From NCBI RefSeq assembly GCF_009914755.1, contig NC_060935.1: a stretch of 64,000 nucleotides of DNA. One strand, written 5' to 3'. The position numbers were made by a program, and so were the translations under genes. Below the pieces are notes generated by a model. The model was not told the origin of the DNA, ran no database searches, and was given only the letters and a program-made list of their open reading frames with translations. Source of the DNA: the human T2T-CHM13v2.0 reference genome, Homo sapiens. Of the stretch, positions 1 through 12,919 are shown in pieces (positions within the stretch are counted from its first letter, which is position 1; each line of letters opens with the position of its first letter).

Positions 1-289
1 ATGCACATGTACATACACACGACACATACACATATTCACAAGTAACTAAGAATGTACCACAAAAATTACTGAAAAGAGTTAGAGTCAACACATTTGGAAA
101 ACGCCAAAACTATAACAACATAAATGTTAATCACTAATCATTAAGAATAGACCAGTTCTGCTTAACACTTTAACTTGAAATTATATTGGAGGAATCATTT
201 TATGTCTTGAACAATACATAAAGTCATCATTACTGTAACACATTACATTTCTACATAAGTGTATATTTGTAGATCCTTTTTTCTACAAT

Positions 290-445
290 ATTTCATCATA
301 GCCTTCACAACAACACTATGAGTTAAGAATAGTTATTTCCAAATTATATAGGAAGAAATCAAGGTTCCAAGACTTTGAATGACCTACCAACCATTAAGCA
401 ATACTTGCAATGTTTGACTGACATCTTCTGATTCTCAATCCAGAG
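290..445 (-). mobile_element. MIR SINE fragment
   Basis: cttcacaacaacactatgag...ggaagaaatcaaggttccaag resembles the reverse MIR core. Confidence 0.6.
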
Positions 446-3400
446 GGTTTTTTTCTTCTAATTTTAACCCCAGCCTCCACCACTCCCCATTTTATCTGTG
501 ACTGCTGAGTAGTCCCAAATGGAGATGCAGATAATTGAGTGAGTTGGCTTAATTTATTGCAAAGCCCCTGCTCTATTCACACATCAATTAATCCATCTTT
601 TATTTTGTAATTTATTGGGGTCCCTGAGAGGTTGTTCTGAAGTGATGGAGAACAGTACCAAGGACATACAAATAGCATTTGTCATCAGAGAGTGTATCTT
701 CTTCTTCCAAGATCCTTCATTTTCTGTTGTAGGCTGATGCTCTTAGCCTATTCTTATTAGCCACAGTTTCAGCATCAGCTCAGCTCTTTGAGCTAACATA
801 CAGCTCTAGGCTGTTGTAATGACTCAGCAATCAAAATTTCAAGTTCAATCCACCTGATCCTTACCCACCTCCAGGGCCAGAGCTCCAAAAGCTCCTCTCT
901 GCTCTTAAACTTCTTACTAGGTGATGTTCCTGGCTTTTTTTTTTTAAAGGTTCTCAGTAGCTGACTTTCCAGCTGTCAACCCTGTTTGTTACAGAGGGAA
1001 AGAGCTATTCATGTGTTAAGTACCCTGGGTCTTAAAAACACAGAAACACACTGGAGAATGTTGGGCCTCCTTGTCTGACTTTAGCAGAGTCCCAGAGAAA
1101 GGCCTGACAAATGGAGAAGAAACGGAATGTCCTTTATTCTCCCCAATAAACTCAGAGAAACCCTTCACCAATTCATTCTTTTAAAAATATAACTCTGCAT
1201 ATGTTGCTTCTAGGGAACTTTAGCCTTTTCTTTAGCAGCTGTGACAAGTTACTCCTACTGAAATGGAAAGCTCCCTACCCCCATTTACCTTTCTTTTCTG
1301 AATTCTCTAAGCAATGAAACAAACCCTGGTAAACGTCAAAACCCTCTCTACCACAAAATAAAACTGAAAAAGGCATGGATCTGGAGTTGGTTCTGATCAA
1401 AAGCTGTTTATCATTGCTCTGGCCTGAGCTGAAAATACAGATGCAAAGTTACAGTTGTGCAAACACCATCAGGAACCCTTGAGATATGGGAGAAATGCTT
1501 TGCACATTTCATAAGCTGTAATCAGAAAATCCTGAGTTGGCCCCCACTTCTATTACTAGCCTAAAATAAGTGATCATGAAAGTGTTGCTATCGCTAAAAG
1601 ATTCACTCATTACAATTATTAAATCTTTAATACACAAAAACCAAGTTGGTATCTTTTGTTGTTGTTGTTGTTTTGTTTTGAGGTAGTATTGAGAATAATC
1701 TATGCAATTAATTTTTACCAACACCACACATCTAAATATACCAGTATTTGGTGAGAATATGAATGGGAAAACAGTCAACATTAAATAGCCTCAATGGAGA
1801 GAGGTACTAATTTGCCAAATTCCAGAACGACATTTTTAAAGGACCTCTCTCTATTCAGAACAGTCCTAACACTAAATAGATGACCTAAAATGCTGTCCTC
1901 TATACCTGGGACTAGTTGCCAAAAGAAACAGGTTAATAAAGGGCTGACCAACTTAAGGAATGCTGATTGTCCAGGCAGAGCTTGGAGAGCCTCCAATACC
2001 CTGCCATGACCCATTGGCACTTGGAGTATCAGGATCCTTCTCCTTACAACAGAAACTTCGTGTTTCTTATTCATATATTATTCTCACTTTCAGGTTTTAT
2101 GAACCTCAGATTGTTTTTTCCATAAAGAAAATAAAATTTTGTTTAGGGTTTCTCCTAGGCTCAAGCCATTTAAAAATTAAAAAAAGAAAACAACAGACCT
2201 CCTTTCTAGATAAGAAAAATTTACCTGGACATTACGGGTAACAGATAAAAATATCATGATCATAAATCATTGACATGAAAGACATATTATAAATTATACT
2301 GACAGGAGTCTTCCCATGGTAATTTTTACCAAGAGCTCTGCCTGGAGTACCAGGTACAAGGTTGCTCCAGGGGTGGAGGAGGGGCAGCTTCTCACAGTTG
2401 TCCTCTTTTACCTACTTCTCTAAAATCATCATGCAAAAAATATTAGATAGATGAAAGGCTAGGATAGCCTAGGGTAATACCAGAGTATAATCTCTTCTTT
2501 AAGTTTTTTGTTTGTTTGTTTGTTTGCTTGTTTTCTTTTTGTAACTCCTTTTTTTAAAAACAAATATATATATATAATCAACGTTTTGAGTATGATGCCT
2601 GACATCTCTCAACTTGGGTGCTCTCATAAATCTTTGACCCAGGCAACGTAGCCTCTGAATAAATCTATTATGTTACAATTTGCATCTTCTTTCTATACAT
2701 AGACATCAACAGCTGGAGAGAATCACTTAGGTATGCTCTTCTCTACCTAGTTAACACACCTGTCATCTCTTCCATGAACGTGTCCACAGTAACAGTTCAA
2801 GTTGGCTAACAGTCCATGAACTAACACTATTCTCTTAAGGATAAACCATCCACATGCACTGGCAGATGAAGAGTAAGATTCTGTTGCCTTCATGTGAGGT
2901 CTCAGCATTTTAGAAACCTATTTACAAGTGATTCTTACTCCTGGGGTGAAGCTAATTGATGCCAATGCAGAGATAAAAATACTAAAAGACACAGGAACAC
3001 AGACGTTATCACAATGAAATGATATTTTGCTTTAATTAAATAACTTTGGGATTGAAACAGGTAAAATATTGTCTGCGTTTCACTTTGAAGGAAAAGCGTG
3101 GTGGGGGGGAGGGGGGCGGGTGAAGAAAGGCACAGTTAACTACCAGGAAACTAAAGAGACTGAGTTAGGCAAGATGTTTGACTAAAGTCACCTGAATTCC
3201 TCATGCCACTTGCTTTTACAGCCAAGAATAGACAATTAAGAGCAATTTTCAAGCACATTCCCTTCTCGGGGGACCATGTAGGGTAAGAGGATGTTCCAAA
3301 ATGAGCGACACTAGTCTTAATCAGGGGACACTGCATTCCAAAAGGTTAATGAGATGCAATAGCGAGAGAATCAGTGCAAAAAGAGAGAGGTTCAAAATAC

Positions 3401-3988
3401 TAAACAATTTCCACTTTGTTCTCATTTGCTCCAATTAAGAGCTGGTGAAGCAGCTTTTCTGTATTCCACGCATTCGCTACTCTCTAGAGCAGATATAACT
3501 ATTCAAGAAGAAAAAAATAGAGCTATGGGGAGGGGGAAGTCTACTATTAAGTTATCGTGAAAGTCCGGATTACATCCCCACCTCCCCAGCCCCCAGTCTC
3601 TGAGCAGATACACTTTGCCTCTAACTCAGAGCCTCTGCCAGTCGCTTTTCTGATTAATGTTTTTCCTCAAATTTAGAGAGTATTGCAAGGCAGGAGAAAG
3701 GCGGAATTATTTTTTTCCATATTTCATATATTCAGAATTCCCTGTGAAAATGTTAGATAAACAAGAGAGGTACAAAAATGGTAAGAGGAATGGGGGGATG
3801 GTTATACAAATGGAAATAACCTCCTTGGCATAAAAAATAGCCCCAAAATGCCACACACTGAGTTCTTCTGAGCATTCCAATCTCTAAAAATGAGCATATA
3901 AACTGCATATACATTTCCGAAAACAAGCAGGAAAACACAAACATTGCAAGACAACAAGAACTGAGATCTGAGGAGTCCCGTGACTTAC

Positions 3989-4330
3989 CTTCTTTATGGA
4001 TCCTCAAAGTTCACCAAGGAAAATTTACAATCCTCTAGCTTGCCGTGCACTACTCTATTTTCTTTTCTTCTTTTTATTTTTTTTTAAGTCATATCGGAGA
4101 AAAATAATCAGTTTTCAAAGGTTCCATGTATCTGATCTTCCAGCACCAGCAAAAACGTGTCCAAGAGACTCCGCCAAAAAGTAAGCCAAAAACTCATCAA
4201 AGGCAAAAGCAGAAGGGGGAGTAGGGAAGCAAGGAGGTGGCGAAAGGCGGGGGGTGGGGGCTACAGACAGTGAGCCCAAGTGCCTAGAGAATATTGTCAC
4301 GTTGTTGAAATCTCCTACTGTACGAAATAC
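3989..4330 (-). other. LRRC4C: Non-coding (5'UTR) first exon of a minus-strand gene; tentatively LRRC4C. The 5' boundary is uncertain (about 4210-4330).
   Basis: Seen: perfect minus-strand donor AAG|GTAAGT at 3989|3988; repeat-free CpG-enriched context; only short uORFs. The gene name is from recollection of the 5'UTR sequence and the gene-desert context, not from a search. Confidence 0.5.
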
Positions 4331-4344
4331 CTGCTTTGGTTGTC

Positions 4345-4442
4345 ACACTAACACATACACACACACGGACACTCACACATTCTCTTTCATGCAAAGCAGG
4401 CACCCACACTCACAAACACACACAAACACACGCACTCACACA
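4345..4442. repeat. Imperfect (CA)n-rich tract
   Basis: acacatacacacacacggacactcacaca ... cacacacaaacacacgcactcacacaa. Confidence 0.85.
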
Positions 4443-5812
4443 AACCAGTGTAATGAAAACTGTCAGTAGTAACCTCCAAGAGCTGCTGTGTGCTGCAGAT
4501 GGTACGGCTCGCTGTTACCTTCCCAGATCTGTGAAGGATCAAATGAACATCCAAAATCAGGGGGGCCCCAGGACTAGGTAGATTCCGGATCCCTCTCCCC
4601 CAGGCAGATGCATCAAGCCAGGAGCAGGTCAATCAGCAGAGGTGTCTGCTTGCAGGGTGCCCCGGATTATGGCAAGGTTATTAATCTCGAAGTGCTGCAT
4701 CCCCCACCCCCAACATTCGGCAGCCTGCATTGAGATGATTGCCAGAGCTGTGTCTGTCCCTGTTCTACTGCATTTGCTCAGCCCTCTGATGCTGCAAGTG
4801 AGACACGGTGGAGGCAAGAATACTAATAAGGTGGTTAGCTACAGTTTCTTCAAGGCAGTCGGCATGCAGTACAGTAAATGTGTACTTCCCAGTGCTCCGT
4901 GTGTGAGCCTGCGTGTCTGCAGGGAGGGCAGTGAATCCATCTCCGGCCAGAAGACGAAATGTTTTGTATCCTGCCTGGGAGAACTATATCATCATCGGAA
5001 TCATCACTGTCCTGCAACGGCGTTGTCTGTGACAGTATTTTGCTTGGGATAAAGAAGGGGGGTTAATGGTTTAGAAGCCTAGAACTGGCATTTAAAAGAG
5101 AAAAAAAAAAATGTCTGGGGAGACAAATTAGCTTTATAAATAGGATCCAAGGAGACCGAGGAAAATTTTAACATGCTGCTTCCCTGGCTGTTAAATGGAA
5201 ATACAAAGCAATTTCAAAAACCAGCTCCAGACTATAAAGCTTGGAGCTGGCAACAAGTATCTGAATTTGACTGATGGGACTATAGATAAATGGATTCCTG
5301 GTAATATAAAAAGTTTGCTCATGCATTCTGCTTCACAGCCATGGATCCGATGTATATAGCAATTTAGGTACAGTTCATTCATTTTTAAACATGAATTTAG
5401 ACTTGACACCTGCACAGTTTTACTTTAATGTACACTTTTAAATCACATAGCTATGAAATTGTAGAGAACATCTGTGTGGGACAGTGTCACTAGAGGGATT
5501 GGTTGACAATTGTCCATCGTAAGCATTATAATATATAACATTTTTGCCTGAAACGAGCTTAAAGTTTTCAGAAAAAAAGTATACATCTCTTTTAGTACCA
5601 AGCAATGAAATTAAAATACATGTGTAATATGCTAAATAAGTTATCAGCCTCTAGAGGGCTAAATTTTCTGCTTCTATGATTCAGTTTCATATTAAAATAC
5701 CTTTTCATTAGTTCAGAACACTCACTATATTCTTTAAGTTGAATTAAATTGCTATTATCTGGAAAAGTATTGGACAGTTGGAGAAGGTAGATAAAGGTGA
5801 GTTATAGTGCAG

Positions 5813-5844
5813 TGTAATACCAGGTATTGCCAGCAGATGTCACA
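5813..5844 (+). promoter_or_regulatory. Candidate CTCF site with upstream (U) motif
   Basis: TGTAATACC-aggta-TTGCCAGCAGATGTCACA resembles the U motif, a 5-bp spacer and the CCASYAGRKGGCRC core. Confidence 0.5.
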
Positions 5845-6469
5845 AAAGAAAACACAGGTAAAATAATTCTTCCAAGAACGGCAAGAATTTAATCTTATTT
5901 AGTAAACACAGATCTTAATAAAATTGATGGGACTAATATGAAAAAATTGAATTTTTACAAAATTTTAAGGTGCAAAGAAGAACTTAGAGAATAACTTACA
6001 TTTTATATTTTTCCAAATATCCCTCTCAAATCACCATTTTTCATAACTCTGGTAGATTTTCTATGATTAATATTGGAAAAAACACTGTGCCACTAACTAA
6101 GATTAGACTTGCATATAATACTATTTCTATTAGTGATTTTATTTTGTTCTATAAAGTATAGCATCAACATATTGTATGTAATATAGCAGCTACTAGATTA
6201 AACTACAAAACAGTTTGTAAATTGGATGAATACAATTAGTCTATAAAAATTAGTTTGAAAGAATTATTCATGTTTAGGAGTCAAACATTAAAAAAGGCAA
6301 CACATATGTAGAATGTACAAAGACTCTTGACTGGTCTTTATCAATTCTATTTATGTTAATGTGTGAAATGTTTAAAAGACTCTAGCATGTCATCTTAGCC
6401 TTCAGTTACTTAAATATAACTAATGGGTACATACCAGCTCGCAGCACTAATTGGCAAAATTGTCAGTAA

Positions 6470-6790
6470 AATGTAGTGTTAAAAACTGGCCTTTGGAATT
6501 TAGATAGATCTAGGTTCAAATTTTAATTTTTCCTTATATAGGGTGATTAGTCTCTACAAGTCATACATCTTTGTCTTTTATTGGGGTGGGGGTGCACTTT
6601 GTCTCTCTCTCTTTTTTTTTATATTTTTAATTTTAAAAAAATGTCTTTGAAATCAGGTTGCTATGTCACTTGAAAGCAGGACACTAATATGTACCCAGTA
6701 GGATTATTGTTAAGACTGGAATGAATTAATATTTATTATGTGCTTACCATATCTCCTGACACATAGTAAGTGATCTATCAGTGCTACAAA
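6470..6790 (+). mobile_element. MIR SINE (degraded, interrupted)
   Basis: tagatctaggttcaaat at the 5' end; ggattattgttaagact...cctgacacatagtaagtg at the 3' end. Confidence 0.6.
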
Positions 6791-7000
6791 TGTCTTATAA
6801 ATAAAGTAGATACTTGATTTGTACTATGTGTCTGGCTTTGTGGACCACCAAGTTAAAGAAGATAAATGATTTAATCAATCCTTTCGGTGTTGAAGATGTG
6901 TTTTTAAATTTATTTTTACAAAGAGTTGGTTTGATCTTGTTTTTGTAAACCTATAGTTATGTAACATTTGCCACTTTTTAAAAGTTTATTATATGCATCC

Positions 7001-7285
7001 CAGTCAGCCCTCTGTATCCATGGTCCCACATTCATAAAATATTTTTTAAAAATAACGATGCAATAATAAAAAGAATACAAATTTTAAAAAGCAATATAAC
7101 AAGTATTTACATAGTATTTACATTGTATTAGGCATTATAAGTTATGTAGAGATGATTTATGAAGGATGTGCATAAGTTATATGCAAATACTACACCATTT
7201 GATATAAGGTATTTGAGCAATCATGGATTTTGATACACAGAGGGGTCCTGGAACCAATTCCCCATGAATACCTAGGAATGACTGT
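7001..7285 (-). mobile_element. MER2 (TcMar-Tigger) DNA transposon fossil
   Basis: cagtcagccctctgtatcc start; tttacattgtattagg and ggtcctggaaccaattccc...atgactg end match MER2 in reverse. Confidence 0.8.
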
Positions 7286-7481
7286 ATATGCATTCTTGCT
7301 TTATATATGTGTCCTAAGACTCAACAGGAAAGGGAAATCACTTTCTTGATTGTATGATATCTTGACTCAAACAGGATATTTGGAAGGAAGTTTAATAGCA
7401 AACACTCCTTCCTCACCAAGACTTACTTTGAAGCCAATAGTGTCACCAAACACTAAGGTATTGGTATTTAAAAAAGACCTC

Positions 7482-8228
7482 TGTGCTTATTTTATGTCCC
7501 CCCAAATTTATATGTTGAAGCCCTAATCCCTAATGCTATGATATTTGGAAGTGGGGTGATGAGATTCAAGAAAAACTATTCCAAAATATGTCACTTCGAC
7601 ATTTAAGAAAATGACAGAAGCAGAAAGGTCACTCTCGCTTTCCTCTTCCCTTCTCCCCTGAAACTGGCCATAAAATCTAGCTAGTCTTACTAAAGTAAGG
7701 TCATAAAACCTTTGTTTCAGCAGGGCCCTCCCCATACGCTGAAAAAAGAGAAATTCTTGTCCTTGCAAACACAGAGATGCCAAGAAGAATCTGAACAAAT
7801 GGGCCTCACTAAGTTCTCTCCAATTTATTACCTTTAAATCTTACCATTTTCTCTAATTGTTCTTCTATATGACTGTATACCATTCATCAAATATAAGCAT
7901 AAATATACATAAATTTCCGTCTATTTGGGTCTTCATTTCTGAAGGATCCCATGTCACCTGAAACGTATTAAATACATTTGTATGTTTTCATCTTGTTAAT
8001 CTTTTATTTGATATAAGGACCTCAGCCATAAACTTTGTGATGAGGGGGGAAAAGATACTACTTTTTCTTTCCTACAAGGGCCTTTGGGAGTTAATTAGGT
8101 CATGAGGGTGGAGCCCTCTTAAGTAGGATTAGTGCCCTCTTAATAAGAGATGTGAGAGAGAAAATCTCTCTCTTTGCCATGTTAGAATGCAACAAGAAGG
8201 TGTCAATTCATAAACCAGGAAGAGAACC
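7482..8228 (+). mobile_element. MLT1A-type MaLR LTR interrupted by an ERV1 LTR
   Basis: gtcccccaaatttatatgttgaagccctaatccc...gtgggg, resuming as cctttgggagttaattaggtcatgagggtggagccctc after 8076. Confidence 0.75.
7557..8076 (+). mobile_element. MER39/MER34-family ERV1 solo LTR
   Basis: TG...CA termini, ccaaaatatgtcac...agaagcagaaaggtcactct motif, 4-bp TSD gggg/aggg. Confidence 0.75.
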
Positions 8229-9101
8229 TGGTTTTTCATTTGGCCTCTTGTTTATACCATGGTTTATTTATAAGTGTGTTATTTAATTTCCAAATATTTG
8301 GGAATTTTCCATTTATCTTTCTGTTATGGATTTCTCATATTAATTCCATTGTGATCAGAGATCACTCTTTGTATGAATTGATTTCTGTTAAATTTATTAA
8401 GATTTGCCTTGTGACCCAAAATATGGCATAACTTGGTAAATGTTCCTTGTGGTCTTAAATATAATGTATGTTCCGCTGTGGTTAAGTGAAGCAGTCTATA
8501 AATGTCAATTACAACAAGTTGGTGGGTAATGTGGTTTAGTGTCTCTATACTCTTAAATGATTTTCTATCACTATATTATCAAAATCCTTCACTGTAATTG
8601 TAGATTTATCAGTTTTACCTGGTTTTGAAGCTCTGTTACTAGACACATATATGTTGAGGATTAAATACTCATTATGAAATCATTATGAAATGACCTTCTT
8701 TTTCACCAGTAATTTTTTTAACAAAATTTACTTTATCTGGCATTGATTCAGCCACATCAATTTTTTTTGGATTACTAGTAGCAGCCTATCTCTTTTTGCA
8801 TCTTTTTACTTTCAACCTATGTGCACCTTTATTTAAAGTTTCTTTTGATCAATGTATAGTTATGTCTTACTTTTTTACACAATATTACAATACCTGATAA
8901 TTAGGAATGATTAGATCATTTGAGTTTGTTGTAATTACTGATAAAGCTGGATTGAAATCTGCTGTCCAGCCACTTCTGCTTATGTGTTTGACCTACCCTT
9001 TGTTTACTTCTTTTTCTACTTTTGTTAGGATTGAATATTTTTAAAATGTCATTTCATCTCATTCATTGGTTTATTTGGTGGTTTCCTTCCTTCCTTCCTT
9101 C

Positions 9102-9392
9102 TTTTTTTTTTTTTTTTTTTTTTTTTTTTGACATACTCCCAGGCTGGAGTGCAGTGGCATGATCTCAGCTCACGGCAACCTTTTACCTCCTGAGTTCAAG
9201 TAATTCTTGTGCCTCAGCCACCCAAGTAGCTGAAATTACAGGCCATCAAACCCGGCTAATTTTTGTATTTTTAGTAGAGACAGGGTTTTACCATGTTGGC
9301 CAAGCTGGTCTCGAACGCTTGACCTCAAGTGATCCACCCGCCTCGGCCTCCCAAAGTGCTGGGATTACAGGAGTGAGTCACCGCATCAGGCC
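9102..9392 (-). mobile_element. AluS with small internal deletions
   Basis: Poly(T), then caggctggagtgcagtgg ... ccaaagtgctgggattacagg. Confidence 0.95.
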
Positions 9393-9551
9393 TATTCTTT
9401 TCTTTCTTTAGGGGGGAAGGTTGCTGTAGGATTTACAGTATATACCTTTAAGTTATAGCCTACCTTCCAGTAATATAATACCATTTCATGTAGAATGTAA
9501 GTATGCAACAATATTTATCAAGTTCCCCTCTTCCAGACTTTGTGTATTATT

Positions 9552-9680
9552 GTCATATGTCTTACTTCCACATTTGTTATGAACCCAATAGTATATTGAT
9601 ATTATTTTTCTTTAGTCGTATGCCTTACTTCCACATTTGTTATGAACCCAATAGTATATTGATATTATTTTTCTTTAGTC
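9552..9680. repeat. 63-bp tandem duplication
   Basis: Units 9552-9614 and 9615-9677 differ at 2 positions; gtc microhomology. Confidence 0.95.
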
Positions 9681-9931
9681 AATTGACCTTTTAAGATGAC
9701 TTAAAAATAAGAAAAAGAATTGATATTTACTGACATATCATTATTACAATTCCCTATGTTCTTCATTCATAGCTATACATATAGATTCCATCTGTTATCA
9801 TGTTTCTTCTAGCTGAAGGACCTCCTTTAACATACTTTGGAACTGCTGGTGATGAATTTTTTCAGCTTTTGTGTGTCTGAAAAAGTTTTGGTCCATTGTC
9901 TTCTTGCTTCCATTATTAAAAAAAAAAAAAA

Positions 9932-10030
9932 GGCTGGGTGCAGCGTAATCCCAACACTTTGGGATCCTGAGGCAGGTGGATCACGAGGTCAGGAGTTTGA
10001 GACTAGCTTGGCAAACATGGTGAAACTCCG
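9932..10030 (+). mobile_element. Alu left-arm fragment (3' truncated)
   Basis: ggctgggtgcag...gatcacgaggtcaggagtttgagac...aaacatggtgaaactccg, no tail. Confidence 0.9.
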
Positions 10031-10438
10031 ACTCTATCTGCTACTGTTCCTCTGTACATAATGGTTCTTTTTACACTGAGGATGTTTTGATTTTTTTTCT
10101 TTTTCTCTGCATTTTTTAAGTAATTTAATGATGCTTTCTGCAGGTTTATATTACTTAGATTTTAATGAGCTTCCTGAATCTTTGAGTTTATAATTTCTAT
10201 CAACATTTAAAAAAATTTAGACATTATTTCTTCATATCATTTACCTGTCCCTATTCCGTGTTTTTGATGACTGCAATTTACATGCATAGTAGGCAGCTTA
10301 TTACTTAATGTTGTCTTACATCTCACTGATAATCTCTTGTCTTTTTCATGTCTTTTTCTGTTTCATTTTAGATATTTTCTATTGCTAAATCTTTAAATAC
10401 ATTTATCTTTTCTGCGGTATTAACAAATATGCTATTGA

Positions 10439-10810
<372 letters not shown>

Positions 10811-11049
10811 TAAGTCTTCCATTCCTCTCTTTAACTTATTTAAGTTTTCATCTTCTTTCTTGAAAACACAAAACATATTTATATAGTTTAATGTTCTTCT
10901 CTACTAAATCTTTCATCTCCATTATTTCTCAATTGGTTGTAGTTAATTATCTTTCCCTGTCACTGTGGGTTATAAATTATTATTTCTAAGCATGTCTGAT
11001 AATTCTTGTTGTATGTCAACAATTTTTAATTTTGTTATTGGATGCCGAA

Positions 11050-11272
11050 TTTTTTTTTTTTTTTTTTTTTTGAGATGGAGTCTCACTCTATCACCCAGGC
11101 TGGAATGCAGTGGTGCAATCTCAGCTTACTGCAACCTCCACCTCCCTGGTTCAAGCAATCCCCCGCCTCAGCCTCCCAAGTAGCTGGGATTACAGGTGCA
11201 TGCCACCATGTTCGGATAATTTTTTTTTTTTTTTGTATTTTTAGTAGAGACGGGGTTTCACCATGTTGGCCA
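11050..11272 (-). mobile_element. Alu, 5' truncated
   Basis: Poly(T), right arm and linker, stopping at ccatgttggccag. Confidence 0.92.
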
Positions 11273-12026
11273 GATCAAAATATGATTATTAGAGTTTGTT
11301 CTAGAACACAGTTATTTGGAAGAACTTTGAGCTTTCTAATTGTTTGAATTCAAGCTTTGTTAGGCAAGACCAGAGAAGCCTTAGTCTAAGGCTAATGTTC
11401 CCCCACTACTGAGGCAATGCCCCGCTGCATATTCTACCTGATGCTCATGTCTTATGAAGTTTTTCCTCTCTGACTGGTGGGAACATAAAATATTTCTGGC
11501 TTCTTGTGATCTTTTGGAATTGTTCCTCTTGCTTTCTTAGGTAGTTATTTCCCCAGTACTGGTAGTTTCCTCTCCCTCATCCTCTGATTAGTCCTCTGAT
11601 GAAGACTAACATGAAGACTAATTCTGCAGATCATAAGAGCTTTCTCACTCCACAGTGTACTCCTTTTGGTACTCTGTCCTATGAACTCTAGCTGGATGGG
11701 CCACAACAGACTCCAGCCTCTATTGCTTCCACTCAGGGAGACTCTGGGACCCACCTAAGGTCTCCCTCCTTACCATACAGCCTGGAAACTGTCTCCAACA
11801 GTAAACTGGGGCAATCACAGGGCTTACCTCATTTGTTTCCCTAACCTCAGGGTTTAGTATTCAATGCTGACTTTTGTCCAGTGGAATTGCACTTTCAAAC
11901 ACTTTGTTCAATTTGTTGTAGTTTTTTAAAGGGTGAGAATGGGTCTGTTCCCTGTTATTCTGGTTTGGTTGGAAACAGAAGTCTCTAGTTATCCATTCAA
12001 ACAAAAATTGATATCACAACCGAATT

Positions 12027-12347
12027 TATTGTTTGTTTATTTATTTTTGAGACTGCATCTCACTCTGTTGCCCAGGCTGGAGTGCAGGGGCATGATCCCA
12101 GTTCACTTCAGACTCCACTTCCTGGGCTCAGGTGATACTCCCATCTCAACCTCCTGAGTAGCTTGGACTACAGGTGTGCACCACCACATCTGGCTAGTAT
12201 TTGTTTTTTTGTTTGTTTTTTTTTTCTTGTAGAGATGGGGTTTCACTATGTTGCCCAGGTTGATCTCTAACTCTTGGGCTCAAGCAATCTGCCAGCCTTG
12301 GCCTCCCAAAGTGTTAGGATTATAAGCGTGAACCACCGTGCCCAGCC
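12027..12347 (-). mobile_element. AluJ
   Basis: cctgggctcaggtgat...ttgggctcaagcaatc are J-type positions. Confidence 0.9.
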
Positions 12348-12539
12348 CACAATCTATTTTATACAAGTTACAATTCATTTAGCTGGAGCACAGTGTTGAA
12401 ACAAACAGACCACATTTTTACAATCATGTGGTCTCCATTCTAGTGGAGTCTTATAGTTAGTAAATCAGATAAGCAAATATGCATAAAAATATCTTAGAGG
12501 GTTTAAGAGTTGTGAATAAAATAGAAGATGTTACATGAT

Positions 12540-12909
12540 TGATATGGTTTGGCTGTGTCCCCACCCAAATCTCGAATTGTAGTCCCATAATTCCACTCTG
12601 TCGTGAAAGAGTGGTTTATTACCTGGTGGGAGGTAATAAAATCATGGGGGCGGGTCTTTCCCATTCTCTTCTTGTGGTAGTGGATAAGTCTCATGAGATC
12701 TGATGGTTTTATAAAGGGAAGTTCCCCTGCACATGCTCTCTCTCTTGCCTGCTACCATGTAAGATGTGACTTTGATCCTCACTAACCTTCTGCCATGATT
12801 GTGAGGCCTCCCCAACCATGAGGAACTGTGAGTCAATCCAAACCCTTTCCCTTATAAATACCCAGTCTGGGGTATGTCTTTATTAGCAACGTGCGAACAG
12901 ACTAATACA
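12540..12909 (+). mobile_element. THE1 (C/D-like) MaLR solo LTR
   Basis: tgatatggtttggctgtgtccccacccaaatctc ... gactaataca; 5-bp TSD atgat/gtgat. Confidence 0.92.
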
Positions 12910-12919
12910 GTGATAGAGA

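Larger units (their letters stand above)
3050..5100 (-). promoter_or_regulatory. Promoter-like / first-exon region
   Basis: About 2 kb without interspersed repeats, higher GC and more CpG than the background, G-tracts and a CA-rich tract, two minus-strand splice donors (3988, 4518). Confidence 0.7.

Noticed and set aside
4139-4160. TCCAGCACC, resembling a REST/RE1 left half-site
   Set aside because: The GGACAG right half is absent at canonical spacing.
4642-5052. 136-aa + strand ORF in the promoter block
   Set aside because: Non-ATG (GTG) start, no recognisable domain, Cys/Ser-rich chance composition in GC-raised sequence.
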